A stretch of 64,000 nt of DNA from positions 288,001-352,000 of the forward strand of contig OY970160.1 of the NCBI GenBank assembly GCA_963706445.1, written 5' to 3'. Shown piece after piece: positions 47,589 to 56,695 of the stretch (the first letter of the stretch is position 1; each line of letters starts with the position of its first letter). The position numbers and the translations under genes were made by a program. Below the pieces are notes generated by a model that saw only the letters and a list, made by a program, of their open reading frames with translations, was not told the DNA's origin and searched no databases. Origin of the DNA: an uncultured Nitrososphaerales archaeon. Lineage in GTDB: Archaea > Thermoproteota > Nitrososphaeria > Nitrososphaerales > Gagatemarchaeaceae.

Positions 47589-48857
47589 TTACACCAATCC
47601 CGATTCGATTATGTCACTGGGTTTGATTATTTCTCGGAGGAAGGTGGTCGCGTACTGCCCCTTCCCAAGGGCGAACCTGAGGGACGCGGTACGGTCCTCC
47701 AGACTCCAAGATGCATCCTGGAGTGCCAGGTGCGGCCTTCTGAAGCCTCCTTCCGACGACGCTTCCTGCATACTTTTCACGAAAAACATCCTGGGCTCGA
47801 CCCCCTCTCCCGAAAGCACGTCCTTGACGATGGAATCGAACCTCGAGCCGTAGTCCCTGAAGGCATACCCCACGATTTGGACCATGGGGACCGCATCCCC
47901 GGCACGCAGCTCCCTGACTCCGTGGACCTGAGACGTAACCAGCCCTCCATCTTTGACCTCGGCCCAGTTGTCCCCGGGATGGTAGCTCGAAACGTCCTCC
48001 CCCTTCGTCAGGGCAGTGCTGAGGGTCCTGTTGAAGAGGAATGATTGGTAGGCCTGGACATACAACCGCCTGAGCTTCACAGGCACCGACCTCAGGGCCC
48101 TGAGCCATTCATTCGGGTGTCTTCCAAGCTCCTTCGCCACCATCTTTTCGATGTCCTTCCCGGGCGCGAGGAGCCGCGCCCCCTCCTCGAATCTTCCTGC
48201 AGCCAGGGCCTCCTTTGCGGCCTTGGCTTCGTCAGATTCCGGAGGCCTTCCCCCGAGGAGCATCTTCTCCACTGCGTCTTTGAATTCCTCTCGGACAAGG
48301 GCCCTACCTATCCGATGGGTGCCCGCACCCGCAGTTCCGAAGCGTTGAAGGCCGTAGAAGTTCGGGACCTTCCGCTCTTCCGCTGCCGCGGCTGCTTCCT
48401 CGATCCTGGGCAGGATTTCATCACAGCACCCCCTCAGAGTAACTGCGAAGCCGTTCCCGACCAAATTTCCTCGTGATATGGGCCTCGGGACAAATCCCAC
48501 CATCGTCGCCCTGAATGTCTCTCTCACGACCTCAGGGGGCCTCTCCGACCTCCGGCTCGTCGGGGTTACGTACTGTACGGCGACCGCCTTCTTGTCTTTC
48601 ATCCCGCCGTAGCTGACCTTGCTCTTGAGGGCGAACGAAAGTTCCTTCGCCATATGCATGGTGTCGACCGACCGCTTTTCGACCCGGTAGAGCGGGAGGT
48701 AATCTGCCCTGGGCTCGCTTACTATCTCCAGTCCAGCAATCTTTTCCTCAACCGCGAAGTCCTCGGGGGATGCCTTCGCTCTGGCGCTGCAGGGTGGCCC
48801 CTTGGTGGCGTACCCTTCGATGCCAGCTCCCCTTTCTGCCTCTGCGGCCTGCGTCAA
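47589..48857 (-). CDS. truD: tRNA pseudouridine(13) synthase TruD/Pus7
   Basis: PEDFAVEE, GMKDK, NFYGLQRFG, AYQSFLFN, GQYAT. Confidence 0.93.
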   Translation of the reverse strand: MTQAAEAERGAGIEGYATKGPPCSARAKASPEDFAVEEKIAGLEIVSEPRADYLPLYRVEKRSVDTMHMAKELSFALKSKVSYGGMKDKKAVAVQYVTPTSRRSERPPEVVRETFRATMVGFVPRPISRGNLVGNGFAVTLRGCCDEILPRIEEAAAAAEERKVPNFYGLQRFGTAGAGTHRIGRALVREEFKDAVEKMLLGGRPPESDEAKAAKEALAAGRFEEGARLLAPGKDIEKMVAKELGRHPNEWLRALRSVPVKLRRLYVQAYQSFLFNRTLSTALTKGEDVSSYHPGDNWAEVKDGGLVTSQVHGVRELRAGDAVPMVQIVGYAFRDYGSRFDSIVKDVLSGEGVEPRMFFVKSMQEASSEGGFRRPHLALQDASWSLEDRTASLRFALGKGQYATTFLREIIKPSDIIESGLV

Positions 48858-49201
48858 AGGAGCTTTAGTTTCCCCGTGATCCCGTCAATCTCGGCGTCGG
48901 GGGCCGGACCGATACCCAGGCACGTCACCGTCCCCGGCTCCACCTGGGTGAGGCCCCTGTCCTGGATCAAGGAAGCAGGCAGCCCCGCGGTCTTCGCCTT
49001 GTGATAGAGCTCGTTGAGCGCGTCCTCCGAATCTACCTTTAGCACGATCTTCGCCTGGCCCTCGTCCTTCCATCCGTTGAACCAACCAGATTTCTTCAGC
49101 TGAGCTGCCTCGGCTGCAGCCAGGGACGCGTGGGCGACCTGAGCAGCCACCTTCCCCTTGCCCATCTTCAGGTCTGACCTTACTACGATGGCCTGTTTCA
49201 T
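48854..49201 (-). CDS. pth2: Peptidyl-tRNA hydrolase 2
   Basis: DLKMGKGKVAAQVAHA, DRGLTQV, GIGP. Confidence 0.96.
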   Translation of the reverse strand: MKQAIVVRSDLKMGKGKVAAQVAHASLAAAEAAQLKKSGWFNGWKDEGQAKIVLKVDSEDALNELYHKAKTAGLPASLIQDRGLTQVEPGTVTCLGIGPAPDAEIDGITGKLKLL

Positions 49202-49262
49202 GTTGTAAGATTTGCCAACGGTTATTATGAGTCTGATTAAGGGTTTCCAGGAGTCCCAGACG

Positions 49263-50411
49263 TTGACGCAAACCTACGACATCCTTGTCGCCGGAGGGAG
49301 CATCGCCGGCCTCACTTTCGCCAACGAGGCAGCACATAGGGGGGCCAAGGTCCTCGTCGCGGAAGAGCATCCAGAGATTGGGGAGCCGGAGAAGTGCGAC
49401 GGCCTCGTCAGCCTCCGCGGCCTAAGGAAGTACGGCTATCCTCCCGACCAGAACGTGATTCAGAACAAGATCGACACGGCCGTCGTCCACGCGCCCTCAC
49501 GGTTGCAGTTCGCGGTCAACGCGAGCTCACTCGACGTGGTAGTCCTCGACAGAAGCGCATTCGACAAACAGGTCTCGTCACTTGCCGAAAGCAATGGGGC
49601 GGAGGTGCGAGTCGGCGCCAGGGTCGGACCTTCGACCCCTCGAAACGACGGGGTTGCGACGAAGGTGGGGGACGACACAGTGCACTCGAAGTTCCTGGTC
49701 GACGCGACGGGGCCTTCGTCGAGCCCCAGGAAGGGGATTCTTCCAGCTGCGAAATACGAGGTCGAAGCCCAGTGGATAAGGCAGCCCGTGGTCGAAGTGT
49801 TCATGGACGCGCAGAAGTACCCCGGCTTCTTCGCATGGGTCATCCCATACGGGCCACACCTGGCGAAGGTGGGTGCCGCGGGGTACGGTGTGAACCCGTT
49901 CAAGGCCCTGGACGCATTCCTGTCGGACAGGCCATGCACGATACTCCGCAAAGTTTCGGCGCCAATCTATGTCGGGGGCCCTTCTCCAAGGTTCGTGGAT
50001 GGCAGGAGGATCTTCGTCGGCGAGTCCGCCGGTCAGGTCAAGCCGACTACCGCGGGGGGGATAATGACGTCCATCGCCGGCGCCGTTATCGCTGCGAAGT
50101 GGACCTGCGAGGCCATCAACAAGAACGACCCTGCACTGCTCAGCCGCTATCAGCTCGATTGGGAAGCCGCCTTCCTCAAAGAGATGAGGTCAATGCTGAG
50201 GCTCAGAGGAGTCCTCGAGAAGCTCTCCAATGCAGACATGGAGGCGATGATGAAAGCCCTGGCATCCCCGAAGCTTGTCCAGGGGCTGTCTCAAACCGAC
50301 TTCGATTTCCACGCGACAGCCCTCTTGGGAGCCCTGGGGATATCTGGCCTACTGCGGATCGCCAGGGTTGTCGCCTCAGCTGAGGTGAGGTCGCTTTTGG
50401 TTGAAGGATAG
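49263..50411 (+). CDS. Geranylgeranyl reductase family flavoprotein
   Basis: AGGSIAG, CDGL, DRSAFDK, AWVIP, VKPTTAGGI; start TTG 49263. Confidence 0.85.
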   Translation: MTQTYDILVAGGSIAGLTFANEAAHRGAKVLVAEEHPEIGEPEKCDGLVSLRGLRKYGYPPDQNVIQNKIDTAVVHAPSRLQFAVNASSLDVVVLDRSAFDKQVSSLAESNGAEVRVGARVGPSTPRNDGVATKVGDDTVHSKFLVDATGPSSSPRKGILPAAKYEVEAQWIRQPVVEVFMDAQKYPGFFAWVIPYGPHLAKVGAAGYGVNPFKALDAFLSDRPCTILRKVSAPIYVGGPSPRFVDGRRIFVGESAGQVKPTTAGGIMTSIAGAVIAAKWTCEAINKNDPALLSRYQLDWEAAFLKEMRSMLRLRGVLEKLSNADMEAMMKALASPKLVQGLSQTDFDFHATALLGALGISGLLRIARVVASAEVRSLLVEG

Positions 50412-50453
50412 CCAGCAATCTATATCAGCCGGTTCAAAAGGGCCTTGACAGAA

Positions 50454-50636
50454 ATGTCTCAGGGAACAGTAACGCTCCCTCTCTGCAACTCCTGCAACAG
50501 GCCGATAAAGCCTGCCGAGAGGGCCGTCCACTTCAGCTGCCCCAACTGCCACGACTCCGTGATATGGCGGTCCGAGAAGTGCAGAACGTTCTCCAGGCAC
50601 TACAAGTGCGTTAACTGCGGCTTCGAAGGCCCATAG
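50454..50636 (+). CDS. DUF1610 zinc-ribbon protein (HVO_2753-like)
   Basis: CNSC, FSCPNC, RSEKCR, YKCVNCGFEGP; upstream of EF-1beta. Confidence 0.9.
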   Translation: MSQGTVTLPLCNSCNRPIKPAERAVHFSCPNCHDSVIWRSEKCRTFSRHYKCVNCGFEGP

Positions 50637-50647
50637 GCGACCGTCTC

Positions 50648-50935
50648 ATGGGTTCCTACGTGATCAGGATGAAGGTCCTTCCGGAAGACACCTCCACAGA
50701 CCTGGAGAAGATGGTCCAGGGCATCTCCGCGGTGTTGCCGAAGCCGGCCCAGATAAGGAGCCACAGGATCGAGCCCATCGCATTCGGCCTTTCTGCCATA
50801 ATCATGGACGTCGTCGCTCCCGAGGAGGACGGAGTCATCGACAAGATCGAGGAGGTCGTCTCCAAGGCCCCCCAGGTGAGCCAGTACGAAGTGATAGCCG
50901 TCAGCCGCATGTCCGCCAAGCTCCCACCCCAGTGA
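50648..50935 (+). CDS. ef1b: Elongation factor 1-beta
   Basis: KVLPED, EPIAFGL. Confidence 0.93.
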   Translation: MGSYVIRMKVLPEDTSTDLEKMVQGISAVLPKPAQIRSHRIEPIAFGLSAIIMDVVAPEEDGVIDKIEEVVSKAPQVSQYEVIAVSRMSAKLPPQ

Positions 50936-51008
50936 CGGCCTCCGAATCACATCGGCATTCCTTTTATACCTCCGTCGAGACCGCAAATCTCACCGTTTCT
51001 CATACGAT

Positions 51009-51266
51009 GTGAATGTGTTGAGATACCCACTCAGATACGCAGCATACGAATGGATAAAGGAGAAGAAGAGCGCCACCGACGACGACCTACTGGAGGCTCT
51101 GAACAAGAACGGGAGCAAGTGCTCCCCCGACGAGCGCGACAAGCTCCTGATGCAGCTCGAGATCCTAGGCCTGATCACCATCCGCTGGGTGTCGAAGGAC
51201 AAGCGGCGCATCGAGTTCCAGGAAAAGCCCACCGAGGAACCGCGGATGCCTCGGATAAGCGAGTGA
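51009..51266 (+). CDS. Small winged-helix hypothetical protein
   Basis: LMQLEILGLITIRW wHTH-like pattern. Confidence 0.75.
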   Translation: MNVLRYPLRYAAYEWIKEKKSATDDDLLEALNKNGSKCSPDERDKLLMQLEILGLITIRWVSKDKRRIEFQEKPTEEPRMPRISE

Positions 51267-51305
51267 CAACACCGATAAATTCTGCGACCTCTGGAGACCA
51301 GTCCG

Positions 51306-52331
51306 ATGGGAGTTGATTTCGGGGACTCGATCCCCAGGGAGAAGATACAGCTCGAGGACATTTCAGGCTGGAAGCTTGCCGTAGACGGGTACAATACCCT
51401 CTACCAATTCCTCGCCATCATCAGGGGCATGGACGGGGGCCACCTCAAGGACTCCCAGGGGCGCGTCACCTCGCACATCTCCGGCCTGTTCTATCGCAAC
51501 GTCAACCTGCTGGAGTTGGGAATGAAGCTCGTCTACGTCTTCGACGGCAAGCCCCCGGAGCTCAAGATGGAGGAGATCAGGCGCCGCTCCGAGCAGCGGC
51601 GGGAGGCGAAGGACCAGTATCTCCGCGCCCTTCAGAGCGGGGACATGGTCCAGGCGAGGAAGTACGCCGAAGCCTCGACCGTCCTGAGAAGGGACATGGT
51701 CGCCGATGCCAAGGAGCTCCTTGATGCCATGGGGATCCCCTGGGTCGACGCGCCGTCCGAAGGGGAAGCTCAGGCCTCCATGATGGCCATCGAGGGGACG
51801 GTGAACGCAGTCGCCTCTCAGGACCACGATTCCATAGTCTTCGGAGCCCCTATCCTCGTCCGGAACGTGACGATCTCGGGGAAGAGGCGCCTCCCCAGCA
51901 AGGGGATCATGATCAACGTGGTCCCGGAGCGTATCACCCTGGCCTCGGTCCTCCAGGCAACAGGGCTGACCCGCGAGCAGCTGATCGACTATGCAATCCT
52001 GCTCGGGACCGACTTCAACCCCGACGGATTCGAGGGGGTCGGTCCGGCCACCGCCCTCAAGTATCTGAAGAAGTACGGCAACCTGGAGGAGATCAAGGAG
52101 CTGAAGGACGGGCTGTCGACCATCCCTTACAAGCAGATCCGCGACCTGTACCTGAACGCGCCTTCGGTCAAGGGGGTTCGCCCCGAATGGAAGCCACTGG
52201 ACAGGGAAAAGGTAGTATCGTTTCTCGTCGGCCAGCACTCTTTCTCCCGAGACAGGGTGGAGGCCGCCATAAACCGGATCCAGAGCGCGAAGGCCGCTCC
52301 CACTGAGACATTGGAGAAGTGGTTCGGCTGA
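51306..52331 (+). CDS. fen: Flap endonuclease 1
   Basis: DGYNTLYQFL, VFDG, EGEAQ, SQD.D, GTDFN, C-terminal PIP-like TLEKWF. Confidence 0.97.
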   Translation: MGVDFGDSIPREKIQLEDISGWKLAVDGYNTLYQFLAIIRGMDGGHLKDSQGRVTSHISGLFYRNVNLLELGMKLVYVFDGKPPELKMEEIRRRSEQRREAKDQYLRALQSGDMVQARKYAEASTVLRRDMVADAKELLDAMGIPWVDAPSEGEAQASMMAIEGTVNAVASQDHDSIVFGAPILVRNVTISGKRRLPSKGIMINVVPERITLASVLQATGLTREQLIDYAILLGTDFNPDGFEGVGPATALKYLKKYGNLEEIKELKDGLSTIPYKQIRDLYLNAPSVKGVRPEWKPLDREKVVSFLVGQHSFSRDRVEAAINRIQSAKAAPTETLEKWFG

Positions 52332-53311
52332 GCAAGACCCTCCCCACCCTCGCTGACATCGAAGAAGCCGAGGTAGGGATCCGCAAGTACTTCCCGCCAA
52401 CCCCGCTGGAATACTCCAAGGGGATCTCAGAACTAATCGGGCGAGAGGCCTACCTCAAGCTCGAGTCATTCCTCCCCACCCGCGTCTTCAAGCTAAGGGG
52501 GGCCCTGAACAAGCTGCTCTCCCTCCCCGACTCAGCCCTGAAGAAGGGAGTCATCACCGCTTCCTCGGGGAACCACGGCTTCGCCATCGCCTATGCGTCC
52601 AGGCTCTTCGGGGTCAAGGCCGCCATCTGTGTCCCGGACAACGTGAACCCGCAGAAGCTCAGAGCAATCGAGGAGCAGGGGGCCGAGATAATCCGCCACG
52701 GCAGCGGATACGACGAAGCATACGAGTACGCCCACGCCGCCTCCGAGAAGCGGGGCCTCACATTCGTACACGCATTCAACGACCCAACCATAATCGCGGG
52801 CCAGGGGACCTGTGGCCTTGAAATCACCCGCCAACTGCCTGACCTGGACACCGTGACAGTCGCCATCGGGGGCGGGGGCCTGATATCTGGGATAGCCATT
52901 GCAGTGAAGGAGTCCCTCCCGAATTCGAGGGTCTACGGGGCCGAGACCTTCTCCATCCCTTCGATGTACGAGTCCCTCGAGCAGGGTCGCCCTGTCAAGA
53001 TCTCCCCGAAGCCAACAATCGCCGATGGGATGCAGGCAGCCATCCCCGGAGAGTTCACCTTCGAGGCCGTCAGAAAGTATGTCACCAAGGTGGGTCTGGT
53101 AACTGACGCTGAGCTCGAAGACGCGATCTACGAGCTGCTCACAAGGGCCAGGGTCCTAGCCGAACCGGCAGGAGCCTCCCCATTGGCAGCGATGAAGGGC
53201 CCCCTAAGGGACGTCCCCGGCAACAAGGCGGTCCTCGTCATAAGCGGGGGGAACATCTCCCCCGACCTCCTCGCTTCGATTATCACGAAAAGAGCGAAAG
53301 GAAGCTCCTGA
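52319..53311 (+). CDS. Threonine/serine dehydratase (PLP fold II, no ACT domain)
   Basis: FKLRGA, SSGNHG, GQGT, GGGGLISG, SGGN. Confidence 0.9.
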   Translation: MVRLSKTLPTLADIEEAEVGIRKYFPPTPLEYSKGISELIGREAYLKLESFLPTRVFKLRGALNKLLSLPDSALKKGVITASSGNHGFAIAYASRLFGVKAAICVPDNVNPQKLRAIEEQGAEIIRHGSGYDEAYEYAHAASEKRGLTFVHAFNDPTIIAGQGTCGLEITRQLPDLDTVTVAIGGGGLISGIAIAVKESLPNSRVYGAETFSIPSMYESLEQGRPVKISPKPTIADGMQAAIPGEFTFEAVRKYVTKVGLVTDAELEDAIYELLTRARVLAEPAGASPLAAMKGPLRDVPGNKAVLVISGGNISPDLLASIITKRAKGSS

Positions 53312-53885
53312 AGTCCCTGGTCATCAGGAAGGGGTTGGACGCCCTCTCCTCCCTTAGGCTCCGGAATCGAACCTCGCCGTAGTCGTGGCCAGGATACATC
53401 ACCGTCGATTCCGGGAGCCTTAGTATCACATCGTGGAGGCTCGTGTACATCGCCTCAGCTCTCTCTTTGTCGAACCTACCTATGGTCCCCACGAAAAGTG
53501 TGTCCCCGGTGAACACCTCCCTGCCGTCATACAGGCAGATGCTGTCCTCAGTGTGCCCGGGAGTGTGCAGGACCTTTACCCCCTTCCCACCGAGCCTGAG
53601 CTCCTCCCCGTCCCTCACCCGCAGGTCGCACGATATCGGAGAGTTCTCGTGCGCCACCACCTTAGCGCCGAACTTCTCTGCGACTTCCTGGAGGGTCATG
53701 ACGTGGTCAAAGTGCTCGTGGGTTGCCACGGCGAACCTGACATTGGCATTCGCCTCCTTGACCGCCTTCTCGATGGGGCCCGTCTCCCACCCAGAGTCCA
53801 CCACCATCGCCTCCCTGCTCCCTCCGTCAATGACGAGATAGACGAAGTTGGCCATGGTCCCAACGGGTATCTGCTTGACTATCAA
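53283..53885 (-). CDS. Glyoxalase II-like MBL hydrolase
   Basis: THEHFDH, HTPGHT, FTGDTLF, PGHDY, NPF. Confidence 0.9.
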   Translation of the reverse strand: MIVKQIPVGTMANFVYLVIDGGSREAMVVDSGWETGPIEKAVKEANANVRFAVATHEHFDHVMTLQEVAEKFGAKVVAHENSPISCDLRVRDGEELRLGGKGVKVLHTPGHTEDSICLYDGREVFTGDTLFVGTIGRFDKERAEAMYTSLHDVILRLPESTVMYPGHDYGEVRFRSLREERASNPFLMTRDFRSFLSLFS

Positions 53886-53953
53886 CAGCTAGGCCGCTTG
53901 GCATCCGCCGTAGGTTCACCTTTATGAAGTTCAGATGAGCCGCCACACTCCCC

Positions 53954-54442
53954 ATGGCCAGGCCCGCAGGGAAGAAGCCATCCGAGTCAGAGATGACCAC
54001 GGCCAGGCTGATGATGCCGACGGACGCCAACATCCTTGGGAACGTCTTCGGAGGCGCGATCATGAAGTACATGGACGAGATAGCCGCCATAGTCGCCTGG
54101 CGCCACGCAGGCAGGAACGTCGTCACCGCTTCCATTGACAGGATGAACTTCTTCGCACCCGTCTACGTCGGGAACCTCCTCATCCTCAAGGCGTCGGTCA
54201 ACTTCGTCGGGACCACCTCCATGGAGATAGGCGTGAGGATAGAGGCCCAGGACCCCACCACCCGCAGGGGAGCCCACACGAGCTCCTGCTACCTCACCTA
54301 TGTCGCCCTGGATGACAAGGGCAAGCCAACCCCGATTCCCCCCCTCATCGTGCACACCCCGCTGGAGAGGAGGCGGTTCAAGGAGGCGCTTGAGAGGAGG
54401 AGGAACCGCGAGGCGGAGCTGGCCGCGTCGAAGGGGGACTGA
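53954..54442 (+). CDS. Acyl-CoA thioesterase (hotdog fold, YciA type)
   Basis: DANILGNVFGG..MKYMDE, VTASID, VGTTSMEIGV. Confidence 0.93.
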   Translation: MARPAGKKPSESEMTTARLMMPTDANILGNVFGGAIMKYMDEIAAIVAWRHAGRNVVTASIDRMNFFAPVYVGNLLILKASVNFVGTTSMEIGVRIEAQDPTTRRGAHTSSCYLTYVALDDKGKPTPIPPLIVHTPLERRRFKEALERRRNREAELAASKGD

Positions 54443-54522
54443 CTTGCTGGCAGCCGATTGATTCCCGGCTCAACAAAACTAGAGCACGCCGCTCATAGCC
54501 GTCTGGAACTCCCGCTTGGAGG

Positions 54523-54882
54523 ATGCCAGACTTCGCGGAAGGTTTCAGGGTCGAAAAGATGCGCAGCGGCAACGCCGCCGTCTACCAGCTGAAGGAGGAG
54601 TTCGAGAAGTTCTCCACTTCGATTCAGAAGGTGGAGACCTGCGAGTCCATCGCAACCTGCTTCTACCAACTGGAACAGTATGACGACGCCGCCGGTTGGT
54701 ATGAAACCGCGGGGCGGCTAATCCTTGCTGAGCCTAGTGTGACCTCCACACTGAAGGCCATGAACGCCCTAGGGGACTACGAAAAGGCTCGGGATTGCTA
54801 CGTGAAAGGGGAGGACGAGGAGAAGTTCACCGAAATCTCCACTATGATTCGGGAATTGAAGCGTGCCTGCGCCTCAGCCTAG
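54523..54882 (+). CDS. Hypothetical TPR-like helical protein
   Basis: A.CFYQLEQYDDAAGWYE and YEKARDCY; GGAGG upstream. Confidence 0.75.
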   Translation: MPDFAEGFRVEKMRSGNAAVYQLKEEFEKFSTSIQKVETCESIATCFYQLEQYDDAAGWYETAGRLILAEPSVTSTLKAMNALGDYEKARDCYVKGEDEEKFTEISTMIRELKRACASA

Positions 54883-55034
54883 GCGCTGCCTTTCTCTTCT
54901 TCTGCCTTCGCCTTCTTCCTGTTGATCGTCTTCGAGTGGCACTCTTCGCAGACAGGCTCTTCCCTCGGCCCGACCTTGAAGGTGTAAACGACTAACTCAA
55001 GTTCTGAATCGCAGAAATAGCACTTGGCCTTCAA
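54879..55034 (-). CDS. Zinc-finger microprotein (51 aa)
   Basis: CYFC...CEEC with basic tail; TTG start overlaps the stop of the Hjc-like gene (TTGA). Confidence 0.65.
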   Translation of the reverse strand: MKAKCYFCDSELELVVYTFKVGPREEPVCEECHSKTINRKKAKAEEEKGSA

Positions 55035-55339
55035 TTGTTGCCTCGCTTTGCCGCGTGGACCCTCCTCTTTACTACCTTTCCTCGTCCTTTGTAGTACCAA
55101 ACTTCTGCATCCGCGTTGGAACTCTTCCCCCACTGGATGAGCTCCTCGAGTTCTTCCTTCGTGGCTCTTGCCCTGCCGCTCTTCACCTGTATCAGCAGGA
55201 CCTTCCCATCCTTGGCAGCAAAGACGTCGACGGCACCGTGTGATGCGGCACTGCGAGAAGCCATCCAACCTCCCTTTCTCAATGAATACATCGCGGAATA
55301 TTCCTTTGATCTTCCGCGGACATAGTTCGAGTTCGGCAC
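55031..55339 (-). CDS. Hjc-like PD-(D/E)xK nuclease (Holliday junction resolvase family)
   Basis: GRSKE..L...GW...RSAAS....D.FA.K.GKVLLIQVKS. Confidence 0.78.
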   Translation of the reverse strand: MPNSNYVRGRSKEYSAMYSLRKGGWMASRSAASHGAVDVFAAKDGKVLLIQVKSGRARATKEELEELIQWGKSSNADAEVWYYKGRGKVVKRRVHAAKRGNN

Positions 55340-55451
55340 GCAGCTCCTCGTCCCTCTTCCGACGAATGTAAATGTGTTCTATCAGGGGAAGCGAGCACAC
55401 CGAGGGTCTCGCGGAAGTATGCTTGTGAGTAAGCTTATCTCGGCCAATGAA

Positions 55452-56096
55452 TTGGCGGATATTAGTTTGGAAGGAGTCAGGAAGTCCCTCAAGGGGATGG
55501 AGTCCCGTTTCTCAGCTCAGCTGGAACGGAGAGACAGGGTCCTCAAGGACAGCAGGGATGTCATCTCTGCCTGCTCGAGGGCGATAATAGACGTCCACAC
55601 GAGGCGGATGAAAGAAGCTGATAAGGAGCTGTCGACCGCAAAGTCTCTGCTCTCGACTCTGAAGAAGAACTCAGACGGATCTGTCTCCCGATATTTCGTC
55701 TCCCCTGAAGCCGAGTTCGTTGAGGCGTCGGCTGTCATCGCACTCGCCAAGGACAAAGACGTGCCGTCCATAGAGAGCCTAGGCGCATCCCCGGAGGCGT
55801 ATCTCCTCGGGCTCCTTGACACCATCGGGGAGCTCAAGAGGCTCGTCCTCGACTCGATACTGGAGCGCAAGGTCTCGAAGGCGAAGAAGTACTTCGCCGT
55901 GATGGAGGAACTCTACTCCGACTGCTCGCCTCTGGCGGTCTACGACCACGTCGTCAATGGAGCAAGGCGTAAGATAGACGTCGCAAGGATGCTCGTCGAG
56001 GACACAAGGGGACTGCTTGCCGAGGAGATGGGTAGGGAGTCCGTGAGCAATTCCATGGCCCGGCTCGAGAAGAAACTCGGAAGCCGGTCCGGCTAG
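55452..56096 (+). CDS. Translin/Trax-family (archaeal C3PO-like) protein
   Basis: EFVEA, YLLGLLDTIGELKR, RRKID; start uncertain. Confidence 0.87.
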   Translation: MADISLEGVRKSLKGMESRFSAQLERRDRVLKDSRDVISACSRAIIDVHTRRMKEADKELSTAKSLLSTLKKNSDGSVSRYFVSPEAEFVEASAVIALAKDKDVPSIESLGASPEAYLLGLLDTIGELKRLVLDSILERKVSKAKKYFAVMEELYSDCSPLAVYDHVVNGARRKIDVARMLVEDTRGLLAEEMGRESVSNSMARLEKKLGSRSG

Positions 56097-56692
56097 AGCT
56101 CGTTCAGTATCTTCGTCGTCTTGATTTCCGGATAGGGTGAGTCCAGCCGCACCACCTTCAGCTTCATCCCCCTCCTCGCCGCCTCTCTCTTTACCTCGCC
56201 TTCTAGGTGGTACTGATCGTACCCCAAGGCCACGATGTCAGGCTTCACCCTCTCCAAAGTCACGTAGATGTCCCCCTCGACCCCGAGGATCGCTGCGTCG
56301 ACCTCCCTCAATGAGGACAGCAGCCGTACCCTGTCCTGCTCGTTGATAATGGGCTCCCTCTTCTTCCTCTTTCGGATGGTGCTGTCTCTGGCGACGGACA
56401 CGACCAGGGCGTCGCCCAGGCTCTTCGCCTTCCCGATGGTGTAGGCATGCCCATAGTGAATCAGCTCGAAACTCCCACCGATGAATACCACCTTGATCGA
56501 CTTCCTTCCTTTTGGGGTGACTCTCGCCCTCCCTCGTACCACGGAGACCAACCCTCGCTTCCTCAGCCCTTCGATCTCCCTCCTGGCTTCGTCTGCCCGG
56601 AGGCCCAGCCTTGCTGAGAGAGCGGCGGCGTCCGTCTTCTCCCCCTTCAGGTCCAACGCGAATATCGCCGCAAGAGCGTGCTTGTCGTTCAT
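56093..56692 (-). CDS. ribL: FAD synthase RibL-like nucleotidyltransferase with N-terminal winged HTH
   Basis: GGSFELIHYGH, VARD, PDIVALGYDQ; wHTH in the first ~60 aa. Confidence 0.82.
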   Translation of the reverse strand: MNDKHALAAIFALDLKGEKTDAAALSARLGLRADEARREIEGLRKRGLVSVVRGRARVTPKGRKSIKVVFIGGSFELIHYGHAYTIGKAKSLGDALVVSVARDSTIRKRKKREPIINEQDRVRLLSSLREVDAAILGVEGDIYVTLERVKPDIVALGYDQYHLEGEVKREAARRGMKLKVVRLDSPYPEIKTTKILNEL

Positions 56693-56695
56693 GGG

